The notes under the pieces are model-generated. The model was not told the origin of the DNA. It worked only from the letters and a program-made list of their open reading frames with translations, and did not search any database. Of a stretch of DNA of 64,000 nt, positions 30,152 to 38,950 are shown piece by piece (position 1 is the first letter of the stretch; each line of letters starts with the position of its first letter). Source of the DNA: an uncultured Spirochaetota bacterium (GTDB lineage Bacteria; Spirochaetota; Spirochaetia; SZUA-6; Fen-1364); assembly GCA_963734545.1 (NCBI GenBank), contig CAVTHO010000004.1:640001-704000 (forward strand). The letters run 5' to 3'. The translations under genes and the position numbers were made by a program.

Positions 30152-30220
30152 ATAGTAGTGCCGGGTATCCCCGCCTGGAAGTTACCGGGGTACCGAAGTT
30201 TGCAAGAATTGTACTAGTAC
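30152..30220 (-). promoter_or_regulatory. Activator-type promoter A of the left polyol operon
   Basis: Minus strand GTACTAGTAC-N16-GGTACC-N3-GTAACTTC-N20-TACTAT; same layout as 32289-32357. Confidence 0.75.
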
Positions 30221-30262
30221 CCGGGGCTGTGTTATCCTCCTGCCGTTGATGAAGTCCGATCT

Positions 30263-31486
30263 ATGCAGCTACAACCGTGGATCGCGGCCCGAGCGTCCCG
30301 CATAGGCACCATTCTCACGGGTCACACCGTGGCCGGCCTGCTGTTCTTCTTCTCTTTTCGCGATTTCGAGCTCCGCCCGATCTGGCTCCCGCAATTCTAC
30401 GTCCTCCTGGTCCTCGCGACGATGCTTCTGCTGCTGGTGCGGCGGCTCCGGAAGAATGTGTATCGGGTCGTCGTTCTTCTCTGCGCGATGATGGTCGAGG
30501 TGGTGATCGGCATCCCCCAGGGACCCGACCTGACAACCGGGGCCGTGCTGGGAACCGTGTTCATCTGGGTGACGATGACGGAGGTCCGGGGAATCGTCGC
30601 CACGGTGATCTCCCTCGGCTACTCCCTCGTGCTCGCGTCCATGCACTGGCCGCTGGTCGCGTGGGGTGTGAGGGTCGAAGGGGCGCCCCCGGAGTACGCG
30701 GTCCTCTTCGGCCTCTACCTCGTCTTCATGACGTGGCTCGCGGGTCTTGTGGGATCGCGGGGTCACGTGATACGAAGCCAGCAGGAAGAGATGCTCCGAA
30801 TCGACCGTACCGTCAAGGCGCTCTCGGAGGCGAACCTGGATTTCCAGGAGCTCGCCACGCGGGTGCAGAGCGAAACCGAGGAGCAGGAGCGCAAGCGCAT
30901 TGCCCGCGAGGTGCACGACATCGTAGGCTATACGCTCACGAATATCCAGATGATGATGGAAGCGGCAACGGACCTCGCCAAGGGGAGGAAAGAAGGGTTG
31001 GAGGATCTCCTGGTGAAGTCCCGCAACCAGGCGCAGCGCGGGCTCCTGGAGACCCGCCGGGCCATGCGGAACCTGCGGGAGACACCCGTCCTTCGGTCCA
31101 GCGGGATGCGGAGAATCGCCGATGTGGCGCGGATCTTCGAGAGAGCGACGAAGGTCTCCGTGCACGTGCACTTCGGCAACGTCCCCCCGAGCTTCGGCAC
31201 CGCGGTGGACGAAGTGGTCTATCGCACGGTGCAGGAATCCCTGACAAATGCGCTGCGCCACGGAAACGCCACGGAGATCTCCGTGAACTTCTGGGCGGTG
31301 GACAGCGCGGTGCGGATCAGCATCTCCGACAACGGGGAGGGTTCCAAGGAGATCGTCCCGGGGGTCGGGCTGGCGGGGATGATGGAGCGCATCGCGCAGC
31401 TCGGCGGCACAATGAAGGCGGAGAACCTGCCCTTCGGATTCCACGTCCTGGCCGAGATTCCGCTGCGGCCGCAGGGGGAAAGATGA
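30263..31486 (+). CDS. Intramembrane sensor histidine kinase (HisKA_3)
   Basis: About 6 TM helices; ERKRIAREVHDIVGY, QESLTNALRHG, DNGEG, GLAGMMER. Confidence 0.92.
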   Translation: MQLQPWIAARASRIGTILTGHTVAGLLFFFSFRDFELRPIWLPQFYVLLVLATMLLLLVRRLRKNVYRVVVLLCAMMVEVVIGIPQGPDLTTGAVLGTVFIWVTMTEVRGIVATVISLGYSLVLASMHWPLVAWGVRVEGAPPEYAVLFGLYLVFMTWLAGLVGSRGHVIRSQQEEMLRIDRTVKALSEANLDFQELATRVQSETEEQERKRIAREVHDIVGYTLTNIQMMMEAATDLAKGRKEGLEDLLVKSRNQAQRGLLETRRAMRNLRETPVLRSSGMRRIADVARIFERATKVSVHVHFGNVPPSFGTAVDEVVYRTVQESLTNALRHGNATEISVNFWAVDSAVRISISDNGEGSKEIVPGVGLAGMMERIAQLGGTMKAENLPFGFHVLAEIPLRPQGER

Positions 31487-32163
31487 GCAAAACACGGGTC
31501 CTGCTTGCTGATGACCAGGTCCTGTTCGTGGAAAGCCTCCGCACGGTGCTGGAGACGCGCGCCACGGACTTCGAAGTCGTGGGTGTCGCCCTGAGCGGCC
31601 GGGAGGCCATACGGCTCGTGGTCGAAAAACAGCCGGATATCATCCTCATGGACGTGCGCATGCCGGACATGGACGGTGTGGAGGCGACAAAGATCATTCA
31701 CGAGGCGTACCCCGACATCCACGTCCTCATGCTCACGACCTTCGACGACGACGTGTATGTCGTCGAGGCCCTGAACCACGGAGCGGCAGGCTATCTGCTC
31801 AAGGACATCCCCCCGGAAGAGCTGATCGTCTCTCTCCGCGCCGTCTGCAGCGGCTCCGTCATCATCTCGCCCCAGGTGGCGAACAAGGTGCTGCGCGCCC
31901 GGGAGGGGGACACGGCGCCCGATGAAGGGGAGACTCGACCCGCGCCGTCCGCGGACAACCCCTTCCTCCGCTTCCTGAGCAGACGGGAGGTCGAGATCCT
32001 TCGTCTCATCGGGGAGGGCGCCGACAATACCCTCATCGCGAGAAAGCTCTCGATCGCCGAGCAGACAGTGAAAAACCACGTGAGCGTGATCTATTCGAAG
32101 CTGCACGTGCACAACCGCATGCAGGCGATGAAGCTTGCCAGCTCCTTGAAGAGTCACTTGTAG
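31483..32163 (+). CDS. NarL/LuxR-family response regulator
   Basis: LADDQ, LMDVRMP, LTTF, YLLK; HTH LSRREVEIL...TVKNHVSVIYSKL. Confidence 0.93.
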   Translation: MSKTRVLLADDQVLFVESLRTVLETRATDFEVVGVALSGREAIRLVVEKQPDIILMDVRMPDMDGVEATKIIHEAYPDIHVLMLTTFDDDVYVVEALNHGAAGYLLKDIPPEELIVSLRAVCSGSVIISPQVANKVLRAREGDTAPDEGETRPAPSADNPFLRFLSRREVEILRLIGEGADNTLIARKLSIAEQTVKNHVSVIYSKLHVHNRMQAMKLASSLKSHL

Positions 32164-32200
32164 GGCGCCGCCGTACCTTGCACAAATGCCACCGGATACG

Positions 32201-32258
32201 GCGGCCACCGTACTCGGTGGCATTCGTGGCCGCGAGTGCCACCGAGTACGGTGGCCGC
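32201..32258. repeat. 58-bp near-perfect palindrome made of two inverted TACT-loop REP-like units
   Basis: gcggccaccgtactcggtggcattcgtgg / ccgcgagtgccaccgagtacggtggccgc, with two G-T mismatches. Confidence 0.85.
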
Positions 32259-32288
32259 GGTACTCCGTGCAGTGCGGCAGATTTGTGA

Positions 32289-32357
32289 GTACTAGTACTA
32301 TTCCGCCGTCAACCGGTACCGCAGTAACTTCTTTTCGCGCCACGCGTGGGATACTAT
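32289..32357 (+). promoter_or_regulatory. Activator-type promoter B of the right polyol operon
   Basis: GTACTAGTAC(32289)-N16-GGTACC-N3-GTAACTTC-N20-TACTAT(32352). Confidence 0.75.
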
Positions 32358-32383
32358 GGCTGCGGGGGGATGAAAGCCCGCAG

Positions 32384-33730
32384 ATGAACAGGATCCCTGG
32401 CGTACTTGCCATGCTTCTCGCCGTCTCAGCGGCCGTCTTCGCCGCCGGGGGGCGTGAAGAGAGCGGTCAGGTCGAGCTCACCGTCGCAACGGTGAACAAC
32501 CCAGACATGCTGATCATGCAGCAGCTCTCGGGTTCTTTCACGCGCAGCACGAACATCCGATTGAGTTTCGTCGTGCTTCCGGAAAATGAGCTGCGCCAGA
32601 AAGTCACCGAGGACGTCGGACTCGGCTCCGGAAAGTACGACATCATGACCATCGGAACCTATGACGCTCCGTTCTGGGGGAAAAACGGGTGGATCGTTTC
32701 CCTCGAGCCTTTCTTTGCCCGGCTTCCGCAGGCGGAAAGAGACGCGTACGACCGGGAGGACCTGCTCCCGTCGATCCGATCCGCGCTTTCGTACAACCAC
32801 GCCCAGTTCGCCCTTCCCTTCTACGGCGAGAGCAGCATGGTCTTCTACCGAAAGGACCTGTTCGCACGCGCGGGCCTCACAATGCCGGAGGCGCCCACCT
32901 GGAAGCAGATCTACGATTTCGCGATGAGACTGAAGGGCATCGAAAAAGGAACATACGGCATCGTGCTCCGGGGCCTGCCCGGGTGGGGAGAGATCCTGGC
33001 CCCCTTCAACACGGTGATCAACGCATTCGGCGGGAGATGGTTCGACGAGGAGTGGCATCCCGCGTTCGACGAGCCCCCCATGCGTGAGGCATGGGAGTTC
33101 TACAAGAAGATCCTTGCAGATGCGGGGGAGCCCAACCCCGCAACGAACGGCTATACCGAGTGCCTGGCCATCATGCAGAGCGGCAAGGCCGCCCTCTGGT
33201 ACGACGCAACGGTGACCGCGGGCGCGCTGGAAGCACCGGGTTCGAAAGTCGCCGGCAGGATCGGCTACGCGCAGGCCCCGTCCGCCCGGAAAGGCAACAA
33301 TGGCTGGCTCTGGGCGTGGGCGCTCGCCATCGGGTCCTCGTCGCGGCATCCCGACGAGGCTTTCAAGTTCCTCCGGTGGGCGACTGACAGGAGCTATATT
33401 TCCCTGGTCGGCAGCCAGGTCGGCTGGGCGCGCGTCCCCCCGGGCACGAGGGCTTCCACGTACCGCAATCCGCACTACCTTGCCGCCGCGCCTTTCGCCG
33501 GCCGGGTCCTGGCCGCAATCGAAAGCGCCGACTACGAGCACCCGACTCTCGCGCCGGTCCCCTACGTGGGCGTGCAGTACGTTTCCATCCCCGAGTTCCA
33601 GAGCCTCGGAGAAACGGTCTCCCAGCAGCTCGCGGCGTACATTGCGGGACAGAAGACCATCGATGCGGCTCTCGCCGACTCGCAGGCCGCGGCCCTTCGG
33701 GTTGCGCGCGAGGGCGGGTACCTCAAGTAG
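32384..33730 (+). CDS. Polyol ABC transporter substrate-binding protein (paralogue 2)
   Basis: ATVNNPDM, LPENELRQK, PFYGESS, RGLPGWGE, WYDATV, WLWAW, PYVGVQYVSIPEFQ. Confidence 0.9.
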   Translation: MNRIPGVLAMLLAVSAAVFAAGGREESGQVELTVATVNNPDMLIMQQLSGSFTRSTNIRLSFVVLPENELRQKVTEDVGLGSGKYDIMTIGTYDAPFWGKNGWIVSLEPFFARLPQAERDAYDREDLLPSIRSALSYNHAQFALPFYGESSMVFYRKDLFARAGLTMPEAPTWKQIYDFAMRLKGIEKGTYGIVLRGLPGWGEILAPFNTVINAFGGRWFDEEWHPAFDEPPMREAWEFYKKILADAGEPNPATNGYTECLAIMQSGKAALWYDATVTAGALEAPGSKVAGRIGYAQAPSARKGNNGWLWAWALAIGSSSRHPDEAFKFLRWATDRSYISLVGSQVGWARVPPGTRASTYRNPHYLAAAPFAGRVLAAIESADYEHPTLAPVPYVGVQYVSIPEFQSLGETVSQQLAAYIAGQKTIDAALADSQAAALRVAREGGYLK

Positions 33731-33734
33731 GTTC

Positions 33735-34631
33735 ATGAGGCCGGGGATGCATGATGAATTGAACCGCCCACGATCCAGGCTCCTCACATTGCCGGCAATC
33801 GTGATCGTCGCGGTCATCACGCAGGCGCCCATCCTCGTCACCCTCGGGCTCTCCCTCGTGCAGTGGATAGTCGTCCGCCCCGACATGGGGGTCACGTTCG
33901 TGGGGTTGAACAACTATATCGACATTCTCCTTTCCCGGGATTTCTACTCCGTCGTCCTGAACACGGCGCTGATCACGCTGATCTCTCTTGCCGCCTGCAC
34001 GCTCCTGGGGATCCTGTTCGGGCTCATGTTGAACCAGGACTTTCCCGGGGTGAATATCGTGCGTACGTTGATCATCTCTCCCTTCTTCGTGATGGACGCG
34101 GTTGCCGGCATCATCTGGCGCACGATGATGCTGAACTCCTCGTTCGGCTTCAATGAATCCATCGCGGCCCTGCTGGGCATAAAGCCCGTCGATTTCTTCG
34201 GCGTCTACTCGCTGCTCACCATCATCATTCTCATTGTCTGGCAGTGGACCCCGTTTTTCGTCCTGATCATGCTTGCAGGGTTCCGTAACATTTCCGAGGA
34301 GATCATGGACAGCGCCCGGGTGGACGGGGTCGGGTGGCTGCGCGAGCTGCTCTCCATCCGGCTGCCGATCATCATGAACCACATCGAGGTGGCGATCCTG
34401 CTCGGGATGATCTTCGTGCTCAAGGTGTTCGGACTCATCTTCGTCACCACCCGGGGCGGACCCGGCTATTCCTCCGCCAACCTTCCCTTTTACGCGTATC
34501 GGACGGCATTCCTCGGCTGGGATGTCGGGCACGCGGCGGCGCTCGCCGTGGTGACGGTGGCAATCACCCTCGTGGCCATTTCCGTTCTGTTCCGCTGGTT
34601 TCGACGGCGCTTCGCGGAGTCTGCCTCATGA
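33735..34631 (+). CDS. Carbohydrate ABC permease (paralogue 2)
   Basis: FVGLNNY, WQWTPF, DSARVDG, TRGGPG. Confidence 0.9.
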   Translation: MRPGMHDELNRPRSRLLTLPAIVIVAVITQAPILVTLGLSLVQWIVVRPDMGVTFVGLNNYIDILLSRDFYSVVLNTALITLISLAACTLLGILFGLMLNQDFPGVNIVRTLIISPFFVMDAVAGIIWRTMMLNSSFGFNESIAALLGIKPVDFFGVYSLLTIIILIVWQWTPFFVLIMLAGFRNISEEIMDSARVDGVGWLRELLSIRLPIIMNHIEVAILLGMIFVLKVFGLIFVTTRGGPGYSSANLPFYAYRTAFLGWDVGHAAALAVVTVAITLVAISVLFRWFRRRFAESAS

Positions 34632-35452
34632 AGTCCCGCGCGCGCAAGGGTCGTCGTCGATTGCGGATTGTGCTCGCGTGGTGTGTCGCCGTGATCTGGG
34701 CGTTTCCTCTTCTCTACATGCTTCTCACCAGCTTCAAGACGGAAGCGGACGCCGTGCCGCCGACTCTGTGGATCGCGCACCCGACGCTGCAGAACTACGG
34801 GATCGTCCTCCAGCATCAGATCCTCCGCTACCTGGAGGATTCGGCCATCATCTCCGTCTCAACGGTGGCACTCTGCATCCTCGTCGGCGTCCCCACGTCC
34901 TATGTCATCGTCTTCGGCAGGCTGAAAAAGGCGGACAATCTCTTCTTCTGGTTCCTGTCCACCACGCTGCTGCCGCCGGTGGCCGTGATCATCCCCGTGT
35001 TCCTGATCTTTCGGGTGCTCGGTCTGCTCGATACGCTCGGCGGGATGATCCTCATTTTTTCCGGGGTCAACATTCCGATCGTGATCTGGATGATACGGGC
35101 ATTCCTTCTCGATGTGCCGAGGGAAATCCTGGAGTCCGCGGACCTGGACGGCGCGTCCCGATTGCGGTCGTTTTTCAGCACGATCGTCCCCCTGTGCCGG
35201 CAGGGCATTGTGTCGATCGCTCTGCTCGTGTTCATATTCGTCTGGAACGAGTTCTTCTTCTCGATCAATCTGACGTACGTCAACGCGGCCCCCGTGCCGG
35301 TCTACATGGCGAGTTTCATGACGCAGGAAGGATTGTTCTGGGCCAAGCTGAGCGCCATCTCGACGCTCGTCATCCTTCCTCCATCGATACTGGGGTGGTT
35401 TGCACAGCGCTCGCTGGTCAAGGGTCTGACCGCGGGCTCCGTGAAGGGATAG
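34628..35452 (+). CDS. Carbohydrate ABC permease (paralogue 2)
   Basis: SFKTE, LLPPVA, ESADLDGA, WNEFF, LVKGLTAGSVKG. Confidence 0.9.
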   Translation: MKSRARKGRRRLRIVLAWCVAVIWAFPLLYMLLTSFKTEADAVPPTLWIAHPTLQNYGIVLQHQILRYLEDSAIISVSTVALCILVGVPTSYVIVFGRLKKADNLFFWFLSTTLLPPVAVIIPVFLIFRVLGLLDTLGGMILIFSGVNIPIVIWMIRAFLLDVPREILESADLDGASRLRSFFSTIVPLCRQGIVSIALLVFIFVWNEFFFSINLTYVNAAPVPVYMASFMTQEGLFWAKLSAISTLVILPPSILGWFAQRSLVKGLTAGSVKG

Positions 35453-35473
35453 GGAAAACAGAAGGAGGTCGTC

Positions 35474-36277
35474 ATGGATCAGGTGACTCAGGCAGCTCCC
35501 ATCCTGGAGAGGTTCCGCTTGAAGGGAAAGGTCGCCCTTGTCACAGGGGCGGGACAGGGCATTGGCCGCGCGTTCGCGCACGCGCTGGGAGAGGCGGGCG
35601 CCTCGGTCGCGGTGGTGGATATCGCACCGGACGCCATTCGGGAGGTCGTGGCGGAGCTGGAGGGCAAAGGCGTGGATGCCCTTGCCGTGCGCGCCGACGT
35701 GAGCGACCGGGCCGAGATCGGGCGCATGGTGGACACGGTGCTGAAGAAATGGGGCGCTCTCACGATCGGCGTCAACAACGCGGGCATCGGGCAGTGGGTG
35801 GATGCGGAGAACATCACGGAGGAGATCTGGCAGAAGGTCATGCGCCTGAATCTCGATGGCGTATTCGCGTGCGCGCAGGCCGAGGCGCGCGTGATGAAGA
35901 AGTCCGGATACGGGAAGATCATCAATACCGCGTCCATGTCCGGCCATATCGTCAACACGCCGCAAAACCAGGTCCCCTACAACGTGTCCAAGGCGGGTGT
36001 CATCCACCTGACGCGGAGCCTCGCGACTGAATGGGCGCGGTACGGCATCCGCGTGAACTCCATCAGCCCGGGGTACACGAGGACCGCCCTCGTGGAGAAC
36101 CTGATTGGGACACCGGAAGGCAGGAAGATGGCGGAGGCCTGGATGCCGCTCATCCCGATGCACCGCATGGCCGAGGTCACCGACCTGCAGGGCGCCGTGG
36201 TCTATCTGGCGAGCGAGGCGTCGGATTACATGACGGGTTCCGATCTCGTCATCGACGGAGGATACTGCGCCTGGTAG
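35474..36277 (+). CDS. Short-chain dehydrogenase (polyol/mannitol dehydrogenase-like SDR)
   Basis: [36 protein letters not shown]. Confidence 0.9.
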   Translation: MDQVTQAAPILERFRLKGKVALVTGAGQGIGRAFAHALGEAGASVAVVDIAPDAIREVVAELEGKGVDALAVRADVSDRAEIGRMVDTVLKKWGALTIGVNNAGIGQWVDAENITEEIWQKVMRLNLDGVFACAQAEARVMKKSGYGKIINTASMSGHIVNTPQNQVPYNVSKAGVIHLTRSLATEWARYGIRVNSISPGYTRTALVENLIGTPEGRKMAEAWMPLIPMHRMAEVTDLQGAVVYLASEASDYMTGSDLVIDGGYCAW

Positions 36278-36284
36278 CACGCCC

Positions 36285-37646
36285 ATGAGGATAGCCGGCC
36301 TCGACATCGGCACGACCACGCTCTGCGGCCTTCTCCTGGACAGCGAGACGGGCGGGATCCTCTCGGTGATCACGGAGCCGAACTCCTTCGCGCTCCCGGC
36401 CGCCGCGCCCTGGGAATCGCTGCAGGACGCCGGGGCTATTGCCGGCGCAGCGGCACGGATCATCGATCGGTTCGCGGCATCCCATGGCCGCATCGGGGCC
36501 ATCGGAATAGCCGGCCAGATGCACGGAATCCTGTATGTGGACCGGGGCGGGGAGGCACTGAGCCCCCTGTACACCTGGCAGGACGGCCGAGGCGACCGCG
36601 AGATGCGCGCGAGGGTGACCTATGCCGGGGCGGTCTCCGAAACGCTCGGCAGGCCGCTCGGAACCGGTATGGGACTGGTCACGCACTTCTACAACGTCAG
36701 GAACCGCCTGGTGCCGGCGGGAACTGCCGCGCTCTGCACCGTCTCGGACTATGCGGCGATGAAGCTCGCCAGAAGGTCGCAGCCGCTCATGGATGCGACA
36801 AATGCGGCGAGCCTGGGCGGTTTCGACCTGCCGCGGCTGGAGTTCCGGCCCGATGCCATCAGGACGCTCGGGCTGGACCCCGGCATCTTTCCGCGCGTGG
36901 ACGCCAGGTACCCTGCCCTCGGTGAAACAGCGGAAGGGACGCCCGTGTTCACCGCTCTCGGTGACAACCAGGCGAGCTTCCTTGGGTCTGTCCGGCAGGT
37001 CGAAGGCTCCCTCCTCGTGAACATCGGCACGGGAAGTCAGCTCTCGCTTTTCATGTCAAAGTGGCTCGACATCCCGGGCATCGACACGCGGCCGTTCCCG
37101 CTGGGAGGCTGCATCGGCGTCGGCGCTGCGCTCTGCGGCGGCAAGGCCTGGTCGATCCTCCACGAGTTCTTCGAGCGGACGCTGCGCCTGTTCACCACGC
37201 AGGAGGGCGGCGCGTCCTGGGAGGTGATGAACGGGGTGTCGCCGCAGAGCGCGGCTGCCGGGGAGCCCCTGGCGGTGGATACGCGGTTCGCCGGCGCCCG
37301 TGCGGAGCCGGAGATCAGGGGTGCGATCAGCGGCATCGGCACGCGCAACTTCACGCCGGAGAATCTCATCAACGGAGTTCGGGAAGGGATCGCAGAGGAG
37401 CTGCTCGGGTTCCTGGAAAAGTTTCCCGCTGAAGTCCGCGGATCGATAAGAACGCTCGTCGGCTCGGGGAACGGGATCAGGCTGAACACCCTGCTCCAGA
37501 AGGTGTTCGAGGACAGGCTGGGCATGAAAATGAGCGTGCCGGCGCACAGGGAGGAGACCTCTTTCGGCGCCGCCCTTATTGCCGGAGTGGCATGCGGCGC
37601 GCTGCCTGACCTGGACGCGGCCGGGAGGCTCATCCGCTACCTCTGA
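36285..37646 (+). CDS. FGGY carbohydrate kinase, sedoheptulokinase (SHPK)-like
   Basis: GLDIGTT, GQMHG, TWQDGR, NAASLG, ALGDNQAS, VNIGTGSQ, GAALCGG. These match the SHPK subfamily pattern as I recall it. Confidence 0.8.
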   Translation: MRIAGLDIGTTTLCGLLLDSETGGILSVITEPNSFALPAAAPWESLQDAGAIAGAAARIIDRFAASHGRIGAIGIAGQMHGILYVDRGGEALSPLYTWQDGRGDREMRARVTYAGAVSETLGRPLGTGMGLVTHFYNVRNRLVPAGTAALCTVSDYAAMKLARRSQPLMDATNAASLGGFDLPRLEFRPDAIRTLGLDPGIFPRVDARYPALGETAEGTPVFTALGDNQASFLGSVRQVEGSLLVNIGTGSQLSLFMSKWLDIPGIDTRPFPLGGCIGVGAALCGGKAWSILHEFFERTLRLFTTQEGGASWEVMNGVSPQSAAAGEPLAVDTRFAGARAEPEIRGAISGIGTRNFTPENLINGVREGIAEELLGFLEKFPAEVRGSIRTLVGSGNGIRLNTLLQKVFEDRLGMKMSVPAHREETSFGAALIAGVACGALPDLDAAGRLIRYL

Positions 37647-37698
37647 CCGCAAATGTCGCCAGGAGCGACCGCAAATGTCGCCAAACTCCGCCAGGAGC
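37645..37698. repeat. 22-bp tandem duplication containing a GTCGC-CAGGA-GCGAC hairpin
   Basis: gaccgcaaatgtcgcca occurs twice, and cgccaggagcg occurs twice. Confidence 0.75.
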
Positions 37699-37714
37699 GG
37701 AAGGAACGACCGCA

Positions 37715-37744
37715 TTGACAGACAGCCGACCCACCGGCTAATGT
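37715..37744 (+). promoter_or_regulatory. Sigma70 promoter, leaderless leuB
   Basis: TTGACA-N18-TAATGT-N6-ATG, no SD. Confidence 0.6.
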
Positions 37745-37750
37745 CCGCGC

Positions 37751-38797
37751 ATGAGCAAAATCGCAGTCATCCCCGGCGACGGCACGGGCCCCGAGGTTAC
37801 CCGTGAGGGAATCAAGGTCCTCACCGCGGCGTCGCGCAAGTTTTCCTTTCCGCTCGCCTTCACCAATTTCGACTGGGGCGGAGAACGGTACCTGAAGACC
37901 GGCGAGACGCTCCCGGAGGGCGGCATCGAACAGCTCCGCGGGTTCGACGCAATCTACCTCGGTGCCATCGGGCACCCGGACGTGAAGCCCGGCATTCTGG
38001 AACAGGGCATCCTCCTGCGCCTGCGTTTCGAGCTGGACCAGTACATCAACCTCCGCCCGGTGCGCCTGTACCCGAACGTGGAGACGCCGCTTGCCGGCAA
38101 GGGCCCGAAAGACATCGACTTCGTGATCGTGCGGGAAAACGTGGAGGGGCTCTACATCGGTTCGGGCGGGTTCCTCAAGAAAGGCACTCCGGACGAGGTT
38201 GCGATCCAGGAGATGGTCTACACGCGAAAGGGTGTGGAGAGATGCATCCGCTTCGCCTTCGAGTTCACGCGCAAGCGGAACAAGGGGAAGAAGCTCACGA
38301 TGTCGGGCAAGACCAACGTGCTCACCTACGTGCAGGACCTGTGGTACCGGACATTCATGGAGGTGGCAAAGGAATACCCCGACATCACCGCTGACTACGC
38401 CCACATCGACGCCACCACCATGTGGATGGTGAAGAACCCCGAGTGGTTCGACGTCATCGTGACGGAAAACATGTTCGGGGACATCATCACCGACCTCGGC
38501 GCCATGGTGCAGGGAGGCATGGGCGTGGCTGCCGGGGGGAACATCAACCCGCAGGGCGTGTCCATGTTCGAGCCCATCGGGGGCTCGGCTCCCAAGTACA
38601 CAGGCCAGAATATCATCAACCCGGTGGCGTCGATCCTTGCCGGCGCAATGATGCTGGATCAGCTCGGCCAGGCAAAGGCCGCTGAAGCGGTCGAGCGCTC
38701 GGTCATCGCCGTCATCGGGAAGATGAAGAGCATGGCGGCCGGCAAGATGGGCTTCACGACAAGCCAGGTCGGCGACATGGTTGCCGCGGGGCTCTAA
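37751..38797 (+). CDS. leuB: 3-isopropylmalate dehydrogenase (short LeuB/tartrate dehydrogenase family)
   Basis: [54 protein letters not shown]. Confidence 0.85.
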   Translation: MSKIAVIPGDGTGPEVTREGIKVLTAASRKFSFPLAFTNFDWGGERYLKTGETLPEGGIEQLRGFDAIYLGAIGHPDVKPGILEQGILLRLRFELDQYINLRPVRLYPNVETPLAGKGPKDIDFVIVRENVEGLYIGSGGFLKKGTPDEVAIQEMVYTRKGVERCIRFAFEFTRKRNKGKKLTMSGKTNVLTYVQDLWYRTFMEVAKEYPDITADYAHIDATTMWMVKNPEWFDVIVTENMFGDIITDLGAMVQGGMGVAAGGNINPQGVSMFEPIGGSAPKYTGQNIINPVASILAGAMMLDQLGQAKAAEAVERSVIAVIGKMKSMAAGKMGFTTSQVGDMVAAGL

Positions 38798-38906
38798 CCG
38801 GCACCGCCCGCAGGGCGGTATCCGCGCGCGGGATTGACTGTGCTTTGCTCGCCATGGCGGTAACGGTCTCACCGGCACCGCCCGCAGGGCGGTATCCGCG
38901 CGCGGG
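38797..38906. repeat. 36-bp exact direct repeat, two copies with a 74-bp period, each containing hairpins
   Basis: accggcaccgcccgcagggcggtatccgcgcgcggg at 38797-38832 and 38871-38906. Confidence 0.9.
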
Positions 38907-38950
38907 TCTGGTTGCTTTTTGCTTGCCATGCCAGTCCCGCGCACCCTTCC

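Noticed and set aside
38797-38906. CRISPR mini-array (36-bp repeat, 38-bp spacer)
   Set aside because: Only two repeats, the sequences following each repeat resemble each other, and there is no leader or cas gene.
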